64,000 bases of DNA from Phyllobates terribilis (taxonomy: Eukaryota). The DNA is taken from the NCBI RefSeq assembly GCF_046119375.1, contig NW_027362765.1, positions 184,202,001 through 184,266,000 on the forward strand. Reading direction: 5' to 3'. Both the position numbers and the translations under genes were made by a program. A model generated the notes under the pieces. The model ran no database searches, was not told the DNA's origin, and saw only the letters and a list, made by a program, of their open reading frames with translations. Numbering within the stretch: position 1 is the stretch's first letter; the number at the start of each line of letters is the position of its first letter. Positions 50,226 to 64,000 of this stretch are shown piece by piece.

Positions 50226-50492
50226 CTAATTTGAATGAATACACTTTAAATCCATTTACAAGGATCTATTGGAGGGCAAGTCCCATGCCAGCAGCCGCGG
50301 TAATTCCAGCTCCAGTAGCGTCCACTAAAGCTGCTGCAGTTAAAAAGCTTTTATAAGGATCGAGCTCGGCTGTCCACCGCAAGGCATCCTACTGCCAGTC
50401 CCAGCCCCTATGCCTTGGGGTGCCTCCTGATGCTCTTCACTAAGTATCCCATGGTCCCGAAGCATTTCCTTTGAAAAAATTAAGTGTCTAAA
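50226..50492 (+). pseudogene. Degenerate 18S rRNA fragment in copy B
   Basis: GGATCTATTGGAGGGCAAGTCCCATGCCAGCAGCCGCGGTAATTCCAGCTCCAGTAGCG...CTTTGAAAAAATTAAGTGTC. Confidence 0.9.
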
Positions 50493-50597
50493 CTACAGGT
50501 GGTGCAGCTTGCTTAACAGCCGGGATAATCCGCTGACTAGCAGACACTGCTACTAGGCACAAAGTATTTCCTGGGCTAGATGCAGTTAAAAATTTGT

Positions 50598-52420
50598 AAT
50601 TAGATACTCTCGTTGGATGCTGAGAAAGCATTCCATAGAGTCTCCTGGCACGCCATATATGATTCTCTTAAAAAGCTTGGGGTAGGGGTCTAGGGGACCC
50701 TTTTATAGCCAAAATCACGGCCCTGTATCGCAATACGTCACCTAGGCTGAAGATAAATGGAACTGTAGCACCCTGAGGGCTCGGTTGCTACAGACGTATT
50801 GCACCTCACCCAGAGGTGTGATATCTCACTCTCAGGTAAGGATGGAGTGTGGATCAGGACCCGACACCTGCATGCATTACACCACATTGCCGTGGAGCAG
50901 GGCGACCAATATGCCCCTGAGATGGGCACGACAGTCCCTGGCTGGAGTGGGGGGAGGGAACACTGAGGAAGGGGAACCCTGTAGTGCAGGAGCAGGGAGG
51001 AAGCAGTTCCTGGGTGCATTGAGAAGGGAGTATAAAAGGTGGGCACCATCTTAGTTCAGTGCAGAGAAGTCTGAGCAGAAGTGGCAGGGAGCAGGGGCTC
51101 TGCATGAGCTCTGCTCCGGAGGCGGGCCTAGTAACAGAGGCCCAGGTCTGGAAGAGGGAGAAGGAAGGAAGAGGAGCGGAGAAGGCTCCAGGAACGAGGA
51201 ATGAAGGGATCCCAGGGGTGTGGACGGGCGAGTCGCCACCGCACGCCCGAATCCACCTGCGTGGAGGGGTCAGGCCAAAGGGGGAGACCGGTCCCCGAAC
51301 TAGTGGAGGCAGGAAACGACCCTCAGCTAGAAACCGGAGGCTCTGACATTTTATGTGGCGCAGCCCCTCGCTACACCCGCTAGGAAGGCACCACATAGGG
51401 TCAGGGAAACTGGCGCCAAGTTTACCAAGAGGAGGCCCGAGGCAGCCGGACAGAAGTGTTGGTAAGAAAGGCCAGACAAAGGACACACAAAGGGGGTCCT
51501 GTGAAGTGCTCCAAAGTTATCTGGGAGTTGTCTGAGCCCCTCACCTGGTGAGCACAGTACGACGTGGGCAGCCGTTACCTGCAGACGTGGTCTGGATAAT
51601 AAGAACTGTGAGTAAAGGCCCTGAACTGCATCACTGACTCCGTGTCGTTACTGCTGCTGCCCTGCACCATCACCCCCATCCTCCGCATACACTGCCCTGA
51701 GGCTATACTCCTCCCGTGGGGAGTTATGCTACGCTCTGCTGCACCCACAACACCAGCCTCAGCGGTCTGCCCTGTAGCGGCGGTTCACTCTGACCGCAAT
51801 CCACGGGTGGCGTAGTCGGACATTTAAACATCAAAACCACATAAATAGTTCCGCCACTGGTTTGACCGCCCTGAGCCACGGAACCGGGTCGCCGCCACGA
51901 AGACTACAACCACCAGCATCCACCAAAAAGGGTCCGGCTCCGGGTGTCCCAAGGCCCAGGGGGTGCGTCAGAACATTTTCATCACCTTTCACAATCACCA
52001 ATGGGACAAGGCAGTGATGTCCTCTGTCCCCTCTCTTATACATCCTAGTGACGGAGCACCTGCTCTCATCAATTCGCCATAACCCCAATATTAGGTGGAT
52101 TGAGGTGGGAGGCACCGAGTACAAGTGCTCTCTATTTGCTGATGATGTCCTAGTATATATCACTCAATCACATATATCCATCCATGCTGTTATGGCTGAA
52201 ATAGATCACTTTGTTACATGGTAAAATTTTAAAATCAATGCAGCGAAGTCTGAGGCCCTCGATGTCTCCCTCCCCAAATCCATATAGGATTCCATCCAGT
52301 CCAACTTTCCCTTTGCCTGGCCCTCACAGGGTATCAAATACTTAGGAATTCCTATTCATAGAGACCTCTCCCATCTATGTTATCTTAATTTTGGGCCCTT
52401 TATTGAACAACTCCATACAG
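50598..52420 (+). pseudogene. L1-type RT fragment in copy B, split by a solo LTR
   Basis: Mirror of 47010-48835. Confidence 0.88.
50764..51970 (+). mobile_element. Solo LTR (1207 bp) in copy B
   Basis: TGTAGCACC...GTGCGTCA ends, TSD GAAC at 50760-50763 and 51971-51974, and TATAAAA at ~51031. Confidence 0.9.
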
Positions 52421-52492
52421 ACCACGGTTGGCAAGTTAGAACTGTAAGATTCACTACGTGAACCACTGGTGTTTTGTGGAAAAGCACATGTA

Positions 52493-53866
52493 CACTGCGT
52501 TCCAAATTATTATGCAAAAAGTGTTTAGGAGTGATAAGGGAAGAATTTGTTTGTTTGTCAGTTAAACTCATTGATGGTGATGTGTGTCAGGGCTCTTTAT
52601 ATCACTGTAAGCAATTGCAGACACCTGTGCTAATTAGTTTGGCAGGTGTGTCCAATGAAAGGCAAGACTACTTAAGAAGGCTCTCTCACATTATTAAGCA
52701 GCCTACATTTTCTGCCAAAATGGGAAAGAAAAAGGATGTGTCGGCTGCTGAGAAGCAACAAATTGTGGAGTGTTTAGGTCAAGGCATGACTACAATCAAC
52801 ATTGTGCGATGATCAGGATGAAGTGTCTTGGCAATCAAGAAGTATGTAGCTGATTCACAGTACACACGTGTGCGTGCTGATAAGGGCAAATTGAGGACTC
52901 TTTCCTACAGGCAATTACGTCAGGTTGAAAGAGCAGCGGCAAAAAAGCCTTGTCATAGCAGCAGACAAGTTTTTGAAGCTGCTTGTGCCTCCAACGTCCC
53001 CCGAACAACAAGATGCAGGGTCCTTCAGAGGTTTGCAGCTGTGCATGCGCCATCCTGTCGACCTCCTCTATCCACTTCACACAAGCAGAAACTGCTCCAG
53101 TGGGCCAAACATTACATGAAGACTGATTTCAAAACTGTTTTGTTCACGGATGAGTGCCGTGCAGCGCTCGATGGTCCAGATGGATGGAGTGGAGGATGGC
53201 TGGTTGATGGACACCCCACGCAAACATGGCTACAGCGCCAACAAGGAGGAGGTGGAGTAATGTTTTGGGCTGGAATCATGGGGAGAGAGATTGTCGGCCC
53301 CTTTAGGATCCCTGAAGGCGCTAAAGATGAACTCCATAATGTATGTGGATTTTCTCAAACAGCACTTCCTGCCATGGTTCAAGAAGAAGAACCGTGTATT
53401 TCACAGCAAGATCATTTTTCTGCATGATAATGCACCATCTCATGCTGCACATAAAACATCTGCATCTCTGGCTGATATGGGCATAAAAGGGGACAAACTT
53501 ATGGTGTGACCCCCCATGCTCCCCTGACCTCTACCCCATTCAGAACCTTTGGAGCATCATTAAAAGGAGTGTCTATGATGGCGGGAGGCAGTTCACATCT
53601 AAGCAACAGCTCTGGGAGGGTATTCTGTCCTCATGCAAAACAATTGAAGCAGAAACCATCCAAAACCTGACAAATTCAATGGACGAGAGAGTTCAGAAGC
53701 TCCTTTCGAACAAGGGGTCCTATGTGAAAATGTAACATCACCTAGAATAAAGTTTTGAGTTGAAAACTGTTTGATTTCAGTTTCTAACAACCTGCTAATG
53801 CTTATAATTTCAAAAATGACCATTTTTTTGGTCTTTATTAAAATGAAAAGGTTGATCGAAAAGTTT
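52493..53866 (+). mobile_element. DD37E Tc1-like remnant in copy B
   Basis: Broken ORF 52720-53735 with the same frameshifts as in copy A. Confidence 0.85.
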
Positions 53867-54193
53867 GGGGGATCTAAGAGTGTGGCAACCCAGTAGTCAT
53901 GATTACTTCGAATTCTGACAATATGAGGGTCATGCTGCAGGTAGTGCAGCAAGAAGGCACTTATGTGCCTTGCGCATCTCGGAGCCCCAAAATTATTTTC
54001 CAGGCTAGATGCAGCTAAAAAATATTTTTAATTTTAAATCTGGTGAAGCTTTAGTATAGATGGCCTAATAGGATCAGTGCTGCACACTGCTACAAAGCCC
54101 AAATTATTTTCCAGTCAAGATACAGATAAACATGATTAGTAATTTGAAAGCTTAAAACGGTTGGTAGGGTGATTTTAACCAATCATCAAGCTT

Positions 54194-57100
54194 TTACTCT
54201 CCCCAGGATGACACAGGGGTAGAAAAGTCGTTTCGGATCCATGATTTGTTCATCTTTATGAACGTGAGTCTGTCTACATTATCAGTGGAGAGCCGCGTGC
54301 GCTTATCTGTCAGCACACCACCAGCAGCGCTGAACACACGTTCAGACAGAACGCTGGCTGCGGGACATGACAAGATCTCCAAGGCGTAAGTGGCTAGCTC
54401 CGGCCATTTATCCAGATTGGAAGCCCAAAAAGAGCAAGGGTCCAGTGACACAGTCGTGGCTTCAATGTTTACTTGGAGATACTCCTGTACCATCGTCTCT
54501 AGGCGTTGACTATGTGTCAGACTTCTTGTCTCCTGTGGCCTTGCAAAGGATGGGCTAAAAAAGTGGTGAAATGATTCCGCAAAATTGATGTTACCAGCAG
54601 ATACTGTGGTTCTGTTACGGTTTGAGTGCTGAACACTTGACGGTCCCACGGTTGGCAAGTTGGAACTGTGAGATTCACTACGTGCACCACTGGTATTTTG
54701 TGGAAAAGCACATGTAAGATTCTGCAACAGTCTCTGCTGATACTCCTGCATGCGTGCATCCCTTTCTATGGCAGGAATAATTTCTGCAAATTTACTTTTG
54801 TACCGGGGATCTAACAGTGTGGCAACCCAGTAGTCAGGATTATTTCTAATTTTCACAATTCGAGGGTCATGTTGCAGGTAGTGCAGCAAGAAGGCACTCA
54901 TGTGTGTTGCGCATCCAGGAGCACCAAGTCCCTGTTGTGTTGGTGGCGAGGTAACAATCATGCTTCCTTCCTCTGTCCTCTCCCCCCAACCTCGCACAAC
55001 AGAAATGTGATCAAGGTCTCCCTCATCTGATGAGTCTTCCATCAGTTCGTCCTCCACTTCTTCCTGGGCTCCTGCACCTTCCTCACTAGTTTGGCTGCTA
55101 CCATGCGCCCTGGTAAAACCATCTCCCCCACCCTCACATGCCTGCCGCCTTGGTGCTGCTGACCGTCTGGACCTTGCAGATGTTAGCCCTTCCGCATACA
55201 ACTCCTCCTCCTCTACTTCCTCCACCTCCTCTTGTGCCACCACCTGACTCCGAATTCTGTTTAACATGTGCTCCAGCATGTAAATCACCGGAATAGTCAT
55301 GCTGATAATGGCATCGTCAGCACTAAACATCTTCGTCGCCATTTCAAAACTGTGCAGAAGGGTGCATAGGTCCCTGATCTGAGACCACTCCTCCAGCGTG
55401 ATTTGCCCCACCTCTGAATCTCGTTGGCCCAGGCTATACGTCAGAACGTATTGCACCAGGGCTTGTCGGTGCTGCCACAGTCGCTGCAACATGTGCAGAG
55501 TTGAATTCCACCGGGTAGGCACATCGCATTTTAGCCATACAAGGCACGTGTGTGACATTGCCCCGGCGAAGGGCCGCACCCAGGTTTGCAGCATTGTCGC
55601 ACACGGCCTTCCCTGGTTTCAGGTCCAGTGGAGACAACCATTCATGAAATTGGTTCTCCAGAGCTGACCACAACTCCTCAGCTGTGTGACTCACATTTCC
55701 CAGACATTTCAATGTAAAAACCGCCTGATGACGTTGAGCCCTACTGCCAGCATAGTAAGGAGGTGTGCAGGATCCCTTCTGCGCAGTTAGAAAGCTTGTG
55801 GCATGACCAGACAGGCTTTGGGTGCAGGTGGAAGACCGAGAGGAGGTTGAGGAGGCAGAAGCAGTGGAGGAACTTTGACATAAAGAGGATTGACGCACAA
55901 CTCGTGGGGACGGCAAGACTTGGACAGCAGCCCCTTGTCCTGCTGTCACCATAGTTACCCAGTGCCCAGTCAGCGACATGTAACGCCCCTGTCCATGCCT
56001 ACTCGTCCAAGTGTCTGTGGTGAAATGCACCCTGTCACACACAGAGTTTCTCAAAGAAGCGGTGATGTTATGTGCGACATGCTGGTGGAGCGCAGGCACA
56101 CCTTTCTTTGAGAAGTAGTGCCGACTGGGCATCTGGTACTGGGGCACTGCGACGGACATAAGGTCTCGAAAATCCTCTGTGTCCACCAGGCGGAAAGGCA
56201 GCATTTCTGTAGCCAAGAGCTTGCAGATGGTGAAATTCAACCTCTTAGCTTTCTCATGGCTAGGAGGAAATGGTCTTTTACTTGTCCACATCTGAGGGAC
56301 CGAGGGCTGGCTATTGTGCTTAGACGGGGTTGATAAGGGTGTCCCCGGCAAACTGCCGGTCTGTGAGGAAGATGCAGGCGGACATGTTAGGTTGCCTTGA
56401 TCCAAAGGTGGTGCTATCGATGTCGGACAGCGCTCAACACCAGATGGTGTTACCACCTCCAAAGAAAATGATGACCTGCCAATCACGCTGGCTGTTGCGG
56501 GTAAAGAGGTGGCAGGTCTGCGCCCCAAAACAGGTGTGACTGCTGTCCCCCCAGTCACAGAGGATGAAGAGGCCGCGGATGCACAAGATATGGCAGATGG
56601 TGGTTGGCCCGGCCGGCTAGGCCGCATTGTAGCACACTGAGCTTCCCACTGCAACTTATGCTTCATGTCCATGTGCCGGTTCATGCATGAAGTACTCAAA
56701 CTATGTATTTTTTGGCCTCTACTTAGCTTTTGCTGACAAATGTTACAGATAACACGAGTTGGGTCATCTTTATCGATCTGAAAAAATGCCCAGGCTATGC
56801 AAGGCTTAGCACCCATGCGACCTGAAGAGCCACCACGACTTGTGGTGAGAGGCAGAGTTGTGTTTGAGGATGCAGTTGTTGACGTGCTTCCAGTACTACG
56901 TCTCTGTCCAGGAAGGCGCAACCTGACCTCGTCGTCACTAGCATCTTCCTCCACCTCCTCTGCTGACCTCATCTCTTGGCTGACTGTGGGTTGACAGTAA
57001 GTGGGATCTCCGACCTCATCATCATCACCCTGTGCGTTATCACACCCGTCGTCCTCAGAGCCAACCTGTTCCTGCCCTGACAAAAAACTAAAGTTGTCGC

Positions 57101-57731
57101 TCCAATCAGGTATTTGAGTCTTATCATCGTCTTCCTCATTGTCTCCACCAACAGGAGTTACAGTTTGGGAATGAGGGTCTACATTATGGTCAGAACCTTC
57201 TGCGTCTGGTCCTGGATCCGACTCATAAAGATTCTGGGCATCAGTGCAGATCATTTCCTCGTCTGGATTCACAGAAGCGCTGGAGTCGACCTCTGATTCC
57301 CAGGCTATAGTATGAGTAAACAGCTCTGCAGACTCAACCATCTGTTCTACCTCATACTCAGACGGGCAGCTGGAGATTTGGGAGCTGTGAGGAAGCAAGT
57401 GCGATTTGGGTGACACCTTTGAGGACTGGAGTATTTGTGATGTTGAAGTTGATGTGGAGGAGAGCCCACTTAAAGGAGCACTTGATATCCGTTGAAGCAC
57501 CTGCTGTTTTTGTGCCTCATCTGGAATTTGTAGCGATTGGCGTGGCCGTAAGAAAGGGATCTTATCACATTGTCAGGTAAAAGAAGTAGACAGTTTAGTT
57601 TGGCTGGAAGATGGTCTTTCTTCTGCAGATGTTACTGTTGCTTTAACACCTACCCCACGGACACAACCTTTTTTCCCCTTCCCAACACGCCTATTCCCCT
57701 TTCCACCAGCAGCAGGCCTTTTTCCACTCAT
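54194..57731 (-). pseudogene. Inactivated hAT transposase of copy B
   Basis: ATG at 57731, in-frame TGA at 57573-57575 (GGA in copy A), and a 164-bp frameshifting deletion at the AGCC junction 55533-55536. Confidence 0.92.
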
Positions 57732-57847
57732 TTTGGTGGTTAACTAATTCACAACTCTGGAGTTGTTTGCACAAAAAAACAATGGATGGTAACCGAGCAG
57801 AGCTGAGTGGCCAAACTGTGGTATTAGGCCAAAACTATTGGCTGGGT

Positions 57848-59790
57848 TAGATGCAGAAAAAAATTATTTTGAATTTGCAACCTGATGGAGGTCAGTATAG
57901 ATGGATTAATAGAACAAGACCCACACACAGCTAGAAGCCCAATATTTTTTCAGAGGTAGATGCAGGAAAAAAATATATTCAGTTTGCAACCTGATGGAGG
58001 TCAGTATAGATGGACTAATACAACAAGTCCCACACACAGCTAGAAGCCCAAATATTTTTTCAGAGGTACTGTAGATGCAGATAAAAATTAGTTTTAATTT
58101 GCAACCTGATGGAGGTCAGTATAGATGGACTAATAGAGAAAGTCCGACACACTACTAGAAGGCCAAATATTTTTTCAGAGCTAGATGCAGAAAAAAATTA
58201 TATTCAGTTTGCAACCTGATGGAGGTCAGTATAGATGGATTAATAGAACAAGACCCACACACAGCTAGAAGCCCAATATTTTTTCAGAGGTAGATGCAGA
58301 AAAAAATATATTCAGTTTGCAACCTGATGGAGGTCAGTATAGATGGACTAATACAACAAGTCCCACACACAGCTAGAAGCCCAATATTTTTTCAGAGGTA
58401 GATGCAGAAAAAAATATATTCAGTTTGCAACCTGATGGAGGTCAGTATAGATGGACTAATACAACAAGTCCCACACACAGCTAGAAGCCCAATATTTTTT
58501 CAGAGGTAGATGCAGAAAAAAATATATTCAGTTTGCAACCTGATGGAGGTCTGTATAGATGGATTAATAGAACAAGTCCCACACACAGCTAGAAGCCCAA
58601 TATTTTTTCAGAGGTAGATGCAGAAAAAAATATATTCAGTTTGCAACCTGATGGAGGTCAGTATAGATGGACTAATACAACAAGTCCCACACACAGCTAG
58701 AAGCCCAAATATTTTTTCAGAGGTACTGTAGATGCAGTTAAAAATTAGTTTTAATTTGCAACCTGATGGAGGTCAGTATAGATGGACTAATAGAGAAAGT
58801 CCGACACACTACTAGAAGGCCAAATATTTTTTCAGAGCTAGATGCAGAAAAAAATTATATTCAGTTTGCAACCTGATGGAGGTCAGTATAGATGGACTAA
58901 TAGAGAAAGTCCGACACACTACTAGAAGGCCAAATATTTTTTCAGAGCTAGATGCAGAAAAAAATTATATTCAGTTTGCAACCTGATGGAGGTCAGTATA
59001 GATGGATTAATAGAACAAGACCCACACACAGCTAGAAGCCCAATATTTTTTCAGAGGTAGATGCAGAAAAAAATATATTCAGTTTGCAACCTGATGGAGG
59101 TCAGTATAGATGGACTAATACAACAAGTCCCACACACAGCTAGAAGCCCAATATTTTTTCAGAGGTAGATGCAGAAAAAAATATATTCAGTTTGCAACCT
59201 GATGGAGGTCAGTATAGATGGACTAATACAACAAGTCCCACACACAGCTAGAAGCCCAAATATTTTTTCAGAGGTACTGTAGATGCAGATAAAAATTAGT
59301 TTTAATTTGCAACCTGATGGAGGTCAGTATAGATGGACTAATAGAGAAAGTCCGACACACTACTAGAAGGCCAAATATTTTTTCAGAGCTAGATGCAGAA
59401 AAAAATTATATTCAGTTTGCAACCTGATGGAGGTCAGTATAGATGGACTAATAGAGAAAGTCCGACACACTACTAGAAGGCCAAATATTTTTTCAGAGCT
59501 AGATGCAGAAAAAAATTATATTCAGTTTGCAACCTGATGGAGGTCAGTATAGATGGATTAATAGAACAAGACCCACACACAGCTAGAAGCCCAATATTTT
59601 TTCAGAGGTAGATGCAGAAAAAAATATATTCAGTTTGCAACCTGATGGAGGTCAGTATAGATGGACTAATACAACAAGTCCCACACACAGGTAGAAGCCC
59701 AAATATTTTTTCAGAGGTACTGTAGATGCAGATAAAAATTAGTTTTAATTTGCAACCTGGTGGAGGTTAGTATAGATGGACTAATAGAAT
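57848..59790. repeat. ~110-bp tandem array, about 18 copies, in the copy B leader
   Basis: About 18 GCAACCTG(A/G)TGGAGG cores. Variant units with a GTACTGTAG insertion recur at ~58067, 58722, 59275 and 59717. Confidence 0.93.
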
Positions 59791-61795
59791 GATGCTATGC
59801 CCAAAAGATTTTACTTCACTAGGTGCAGTAAAAAAATTGGTATTCTATACACAGGTGGTATATCTTGCAACACAGATAGGCTACTCCACTGACTAACACA
59901 CTCTGCAATAGGCCAAAAGGATTAGCTTTGCTAGATTCAGCCAAATGCTGTGAAAAAAACTTGCACAGCACTGGCACAGACCTGCCTGGCAAAAACTGAT
60001 AGGAACTGATGTAACCTAGTCCTGAAAAGGACTCCAATTACAATTAGTCTTTACTCCCACAACCTATCTATTTAAGAGCACAGACCTCCCTGATAAAAGT
60101 CGTAGGAAATGCTGTAACCTAATCCTTAAAAGGACTGCAATCACAACTATTCCCTACTCCCAAGCTATCTGTAGATTTGTGCGAAAATTGGCTTGAAATT
60201 AACAAGGTATAGCGCACACAGCAACAGCGGTGCCGTCTAACACGCAGCTGCAGCAGTGAGAAAATGGTGGCGACGGGGAAAATGGCTTGGTCTTATAGGG
60301 CAAGGACATGTGACATACACTGCCAATGACACATGCCCTTGCTTGTGTTAAAAAAAGCACTTCGCTCCGTGTGTGCGCTGCTGATAGGCTGACAGATTGC
60401 ACCTCCCCACTGCAAATGCGGGAAAGAGAAAAAAAAATGGAGATCTTCATTGTTCCTGCAGAGATCCATCCCCTGCCCCTCCCCCCACCCCGCTGTACAC
60501 TCAAACTGCGTATTAATATTAATTTTCATCATTACTGAGAAAAAATCCAGTTATGATTTTGGTGCACGAACAGTTATCGAACATAACCTCGAACAGCCGA
60601 ATTTTTCTCAAATTGTTCGTGTTCGCCGAACGGCTCGAACACCGCCCAAAACAGCTCAAATTTGAGATTGGCGAACAGTTCGAGTAGAACAACGCTCATC
60701 TCTAGTCAGCAGTGGCTGCAACCGGGGTCATGTGATGCAGACTGAGCGAGCAGCAATAGCGCCTCTCACAGGCACATATGGCAGCAGTATGTATTTACAA
60801 AAATATTTATTTGAAAGGTGTAAATCGATGGACGCTTTATACAATGTAGTGGACCCCCTCTTTAACTTTATTGGATGGAGTCGGCCACAGCTTTATTTAA
60901 AATTTTATTTTCCAACCAACTCTTTAACCACAAAACAAGTGAAACGTCCAGAACCCGAAATGGTATGCACCAGCGGACTCCTGGTGGGCAAGTCCGTCTT
61001 CAGTTCCTTTAAGTCTCCAACCAGATAATTTTATTTATTTTACTCACTTATATAGCGCCATTAATTCCACAACGCTTTGGTGACATTATAACCGCCAGCT
61101 GTGACTTGAGTCTCAGAAATTCTAGAAACATAGAAAACAGTATAAGTATCTTGTACAATTACAAGGTAACACATGATAAGGTAGGGAGGGAGGGAAGCTC
61201 CTTCAGCAGGTACCGGTAAAGAAACCAAAAAAATGGGAAGGCGGCATTTTATCCAGGTGGCCACAAGTTCAAATTAGACAAAGGCGGGGGGAGGAGCAGG
61301 GGAGGAATAAGGCACTTAACATAACCACACATTAGGGGAAGACCAGGACAATGTTAAACACGGATGGCACACTGATGTATGCTTTACGTGTTTTAACGGA
61401 CCCATAGACTAATATTGGCCCTTATCATCCACGCTGCTGGTAAAAAACGGACATGACTCCATGTGGTTTACACGAAAACATGGTCCATGTAAAAATACAG
61501 ACATGTGAGCAGCCCCATAGGTTATAATTGTTACGTGTGGGATTCGTGAAAAAAACGAATACCGCACATACAAGAAACACAGACGTGTGAAGGGGGCCTA
61601 AGTGGGTCTATTTCTTTACATGGCACTCATATGTTATACTGAATAAATCAAGATATTTTAAAACTTTTGCTTTCATTTTTTTCATTATTTGCATATCATT
61701 AACATGTCAATCTATCCTGTGATTTCCATAATTACATGACTTTTCCTTCTTGGTGTTATAATTTCAATGTTGAGGAGTGTATATAGATATTTATA

Positions 61796-63608
<1,813 letters not shown>

Positions 63609-64000
63609 TATATCTATATCTACAAGCAATGTGTAGTTCACACTTTTTTTGTGTGTGGGGGGAGAGTTATTAAAGTGACCTTTCAGAGTGAAGAGCTAGC
63701 TATAAATCCAAAGTGCTAATTTAAATTCTGGTGTCATTTATTAGAAATCGACATATACGGTAGTTATTGCTGCTATCATTTTTTATTATAATTAGGCTGG
63801 TTTTACACACTCAACATTCACGGTGTGAGACTGTTGCGTTTGGGTCAGGACATTCCTGCCTGCACACATAGACCAAAAGAGAATATTGAACGAGCAAATG
63901 AGCTCGGTAGCAAAAAAATTCACAATTTTATTATATAGAAATGTAAGATAATAATACAACAATAAGTGTGTGCAATCGGGATAAAAAGATGAGCTGGGTT

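Larger units (their letters stand above)
49721..60704 (-). mobile_element. Composite hAT transposon copy B (10,984 bp), inverted relative to A
   Basis: Begins TAGTGTTGAGCC at 49721 and ends ...CGCTCATCTCTA at 60704. TSD GTCAGCAG on both sides. Mirror image of copy A with substitutions and indels. Confidence 0.96.

Noticed and set aside
48942-50492. Functional rDNA unit or contamination
   Set aside because: Only ~270 bp are present, diverged, with no flanking 18S/ITS continuity, and embedded in transposon sequence.
39359-60704. Palindrome as an assembly or amplification fold-back artefact
   Set aside because: The arms differ by many substitutions, reciprocal indels and array content. The TSD is direct at all three junctions and the outer flanks are unrelated. 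Read-level confirmation is still advisable.

Overview
This is eukaryotic, almost entirely transposon-derived DNA, most likely from a frog (inferred from the repeat families: hAT elements with TAG(A/T)G(A/T)TGAGC ends, a V-SINE-like element, Harbinger-type MITEs, chromodomain Gypsy, Tc1 and Penelope-like ends). I recognise no host protein-coding gene. The dominant structure is a ~21.3 kb palindrome (39359-60704) made of two non-identical ~10-11 kb composite hAT transposons sitting tail-to-tail. The same 8-bp target duplication GTCAGCAG occurs three times in direct orientation (left flank 39351-39358, centre 49713-49720, right flank 60705-60712), which indicates two insertions into one target site. 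Copy A encodes an apparently intact 1226-aa zf-BED/DDE/hAT-dimerisation transposase. Copy B's transposase is broken by a nonsense codon and a 164-bp microhomology deletion. Both copies carry identical nested cargo: a DD37E Tc1-like remnant, an L1 reverse-transcriptase fragment split by a solo LTR, and a degenerate 18S rRNA fragment. Each also has its own version of a 110-bp tandem array. Elsewhere there are several Tc1 elements, solo LTRs with clean TSDs, a deleted hAT relative and a hAT MITE, inverted Penelope-like ends with a hammerhead ribozyme core, tRNA-like sequences in a Tc1-linked segment, a four-copy structured repeat with dissimilar spacers, and many minisatellites. All calls are by eye; no alignments or database searches were run.
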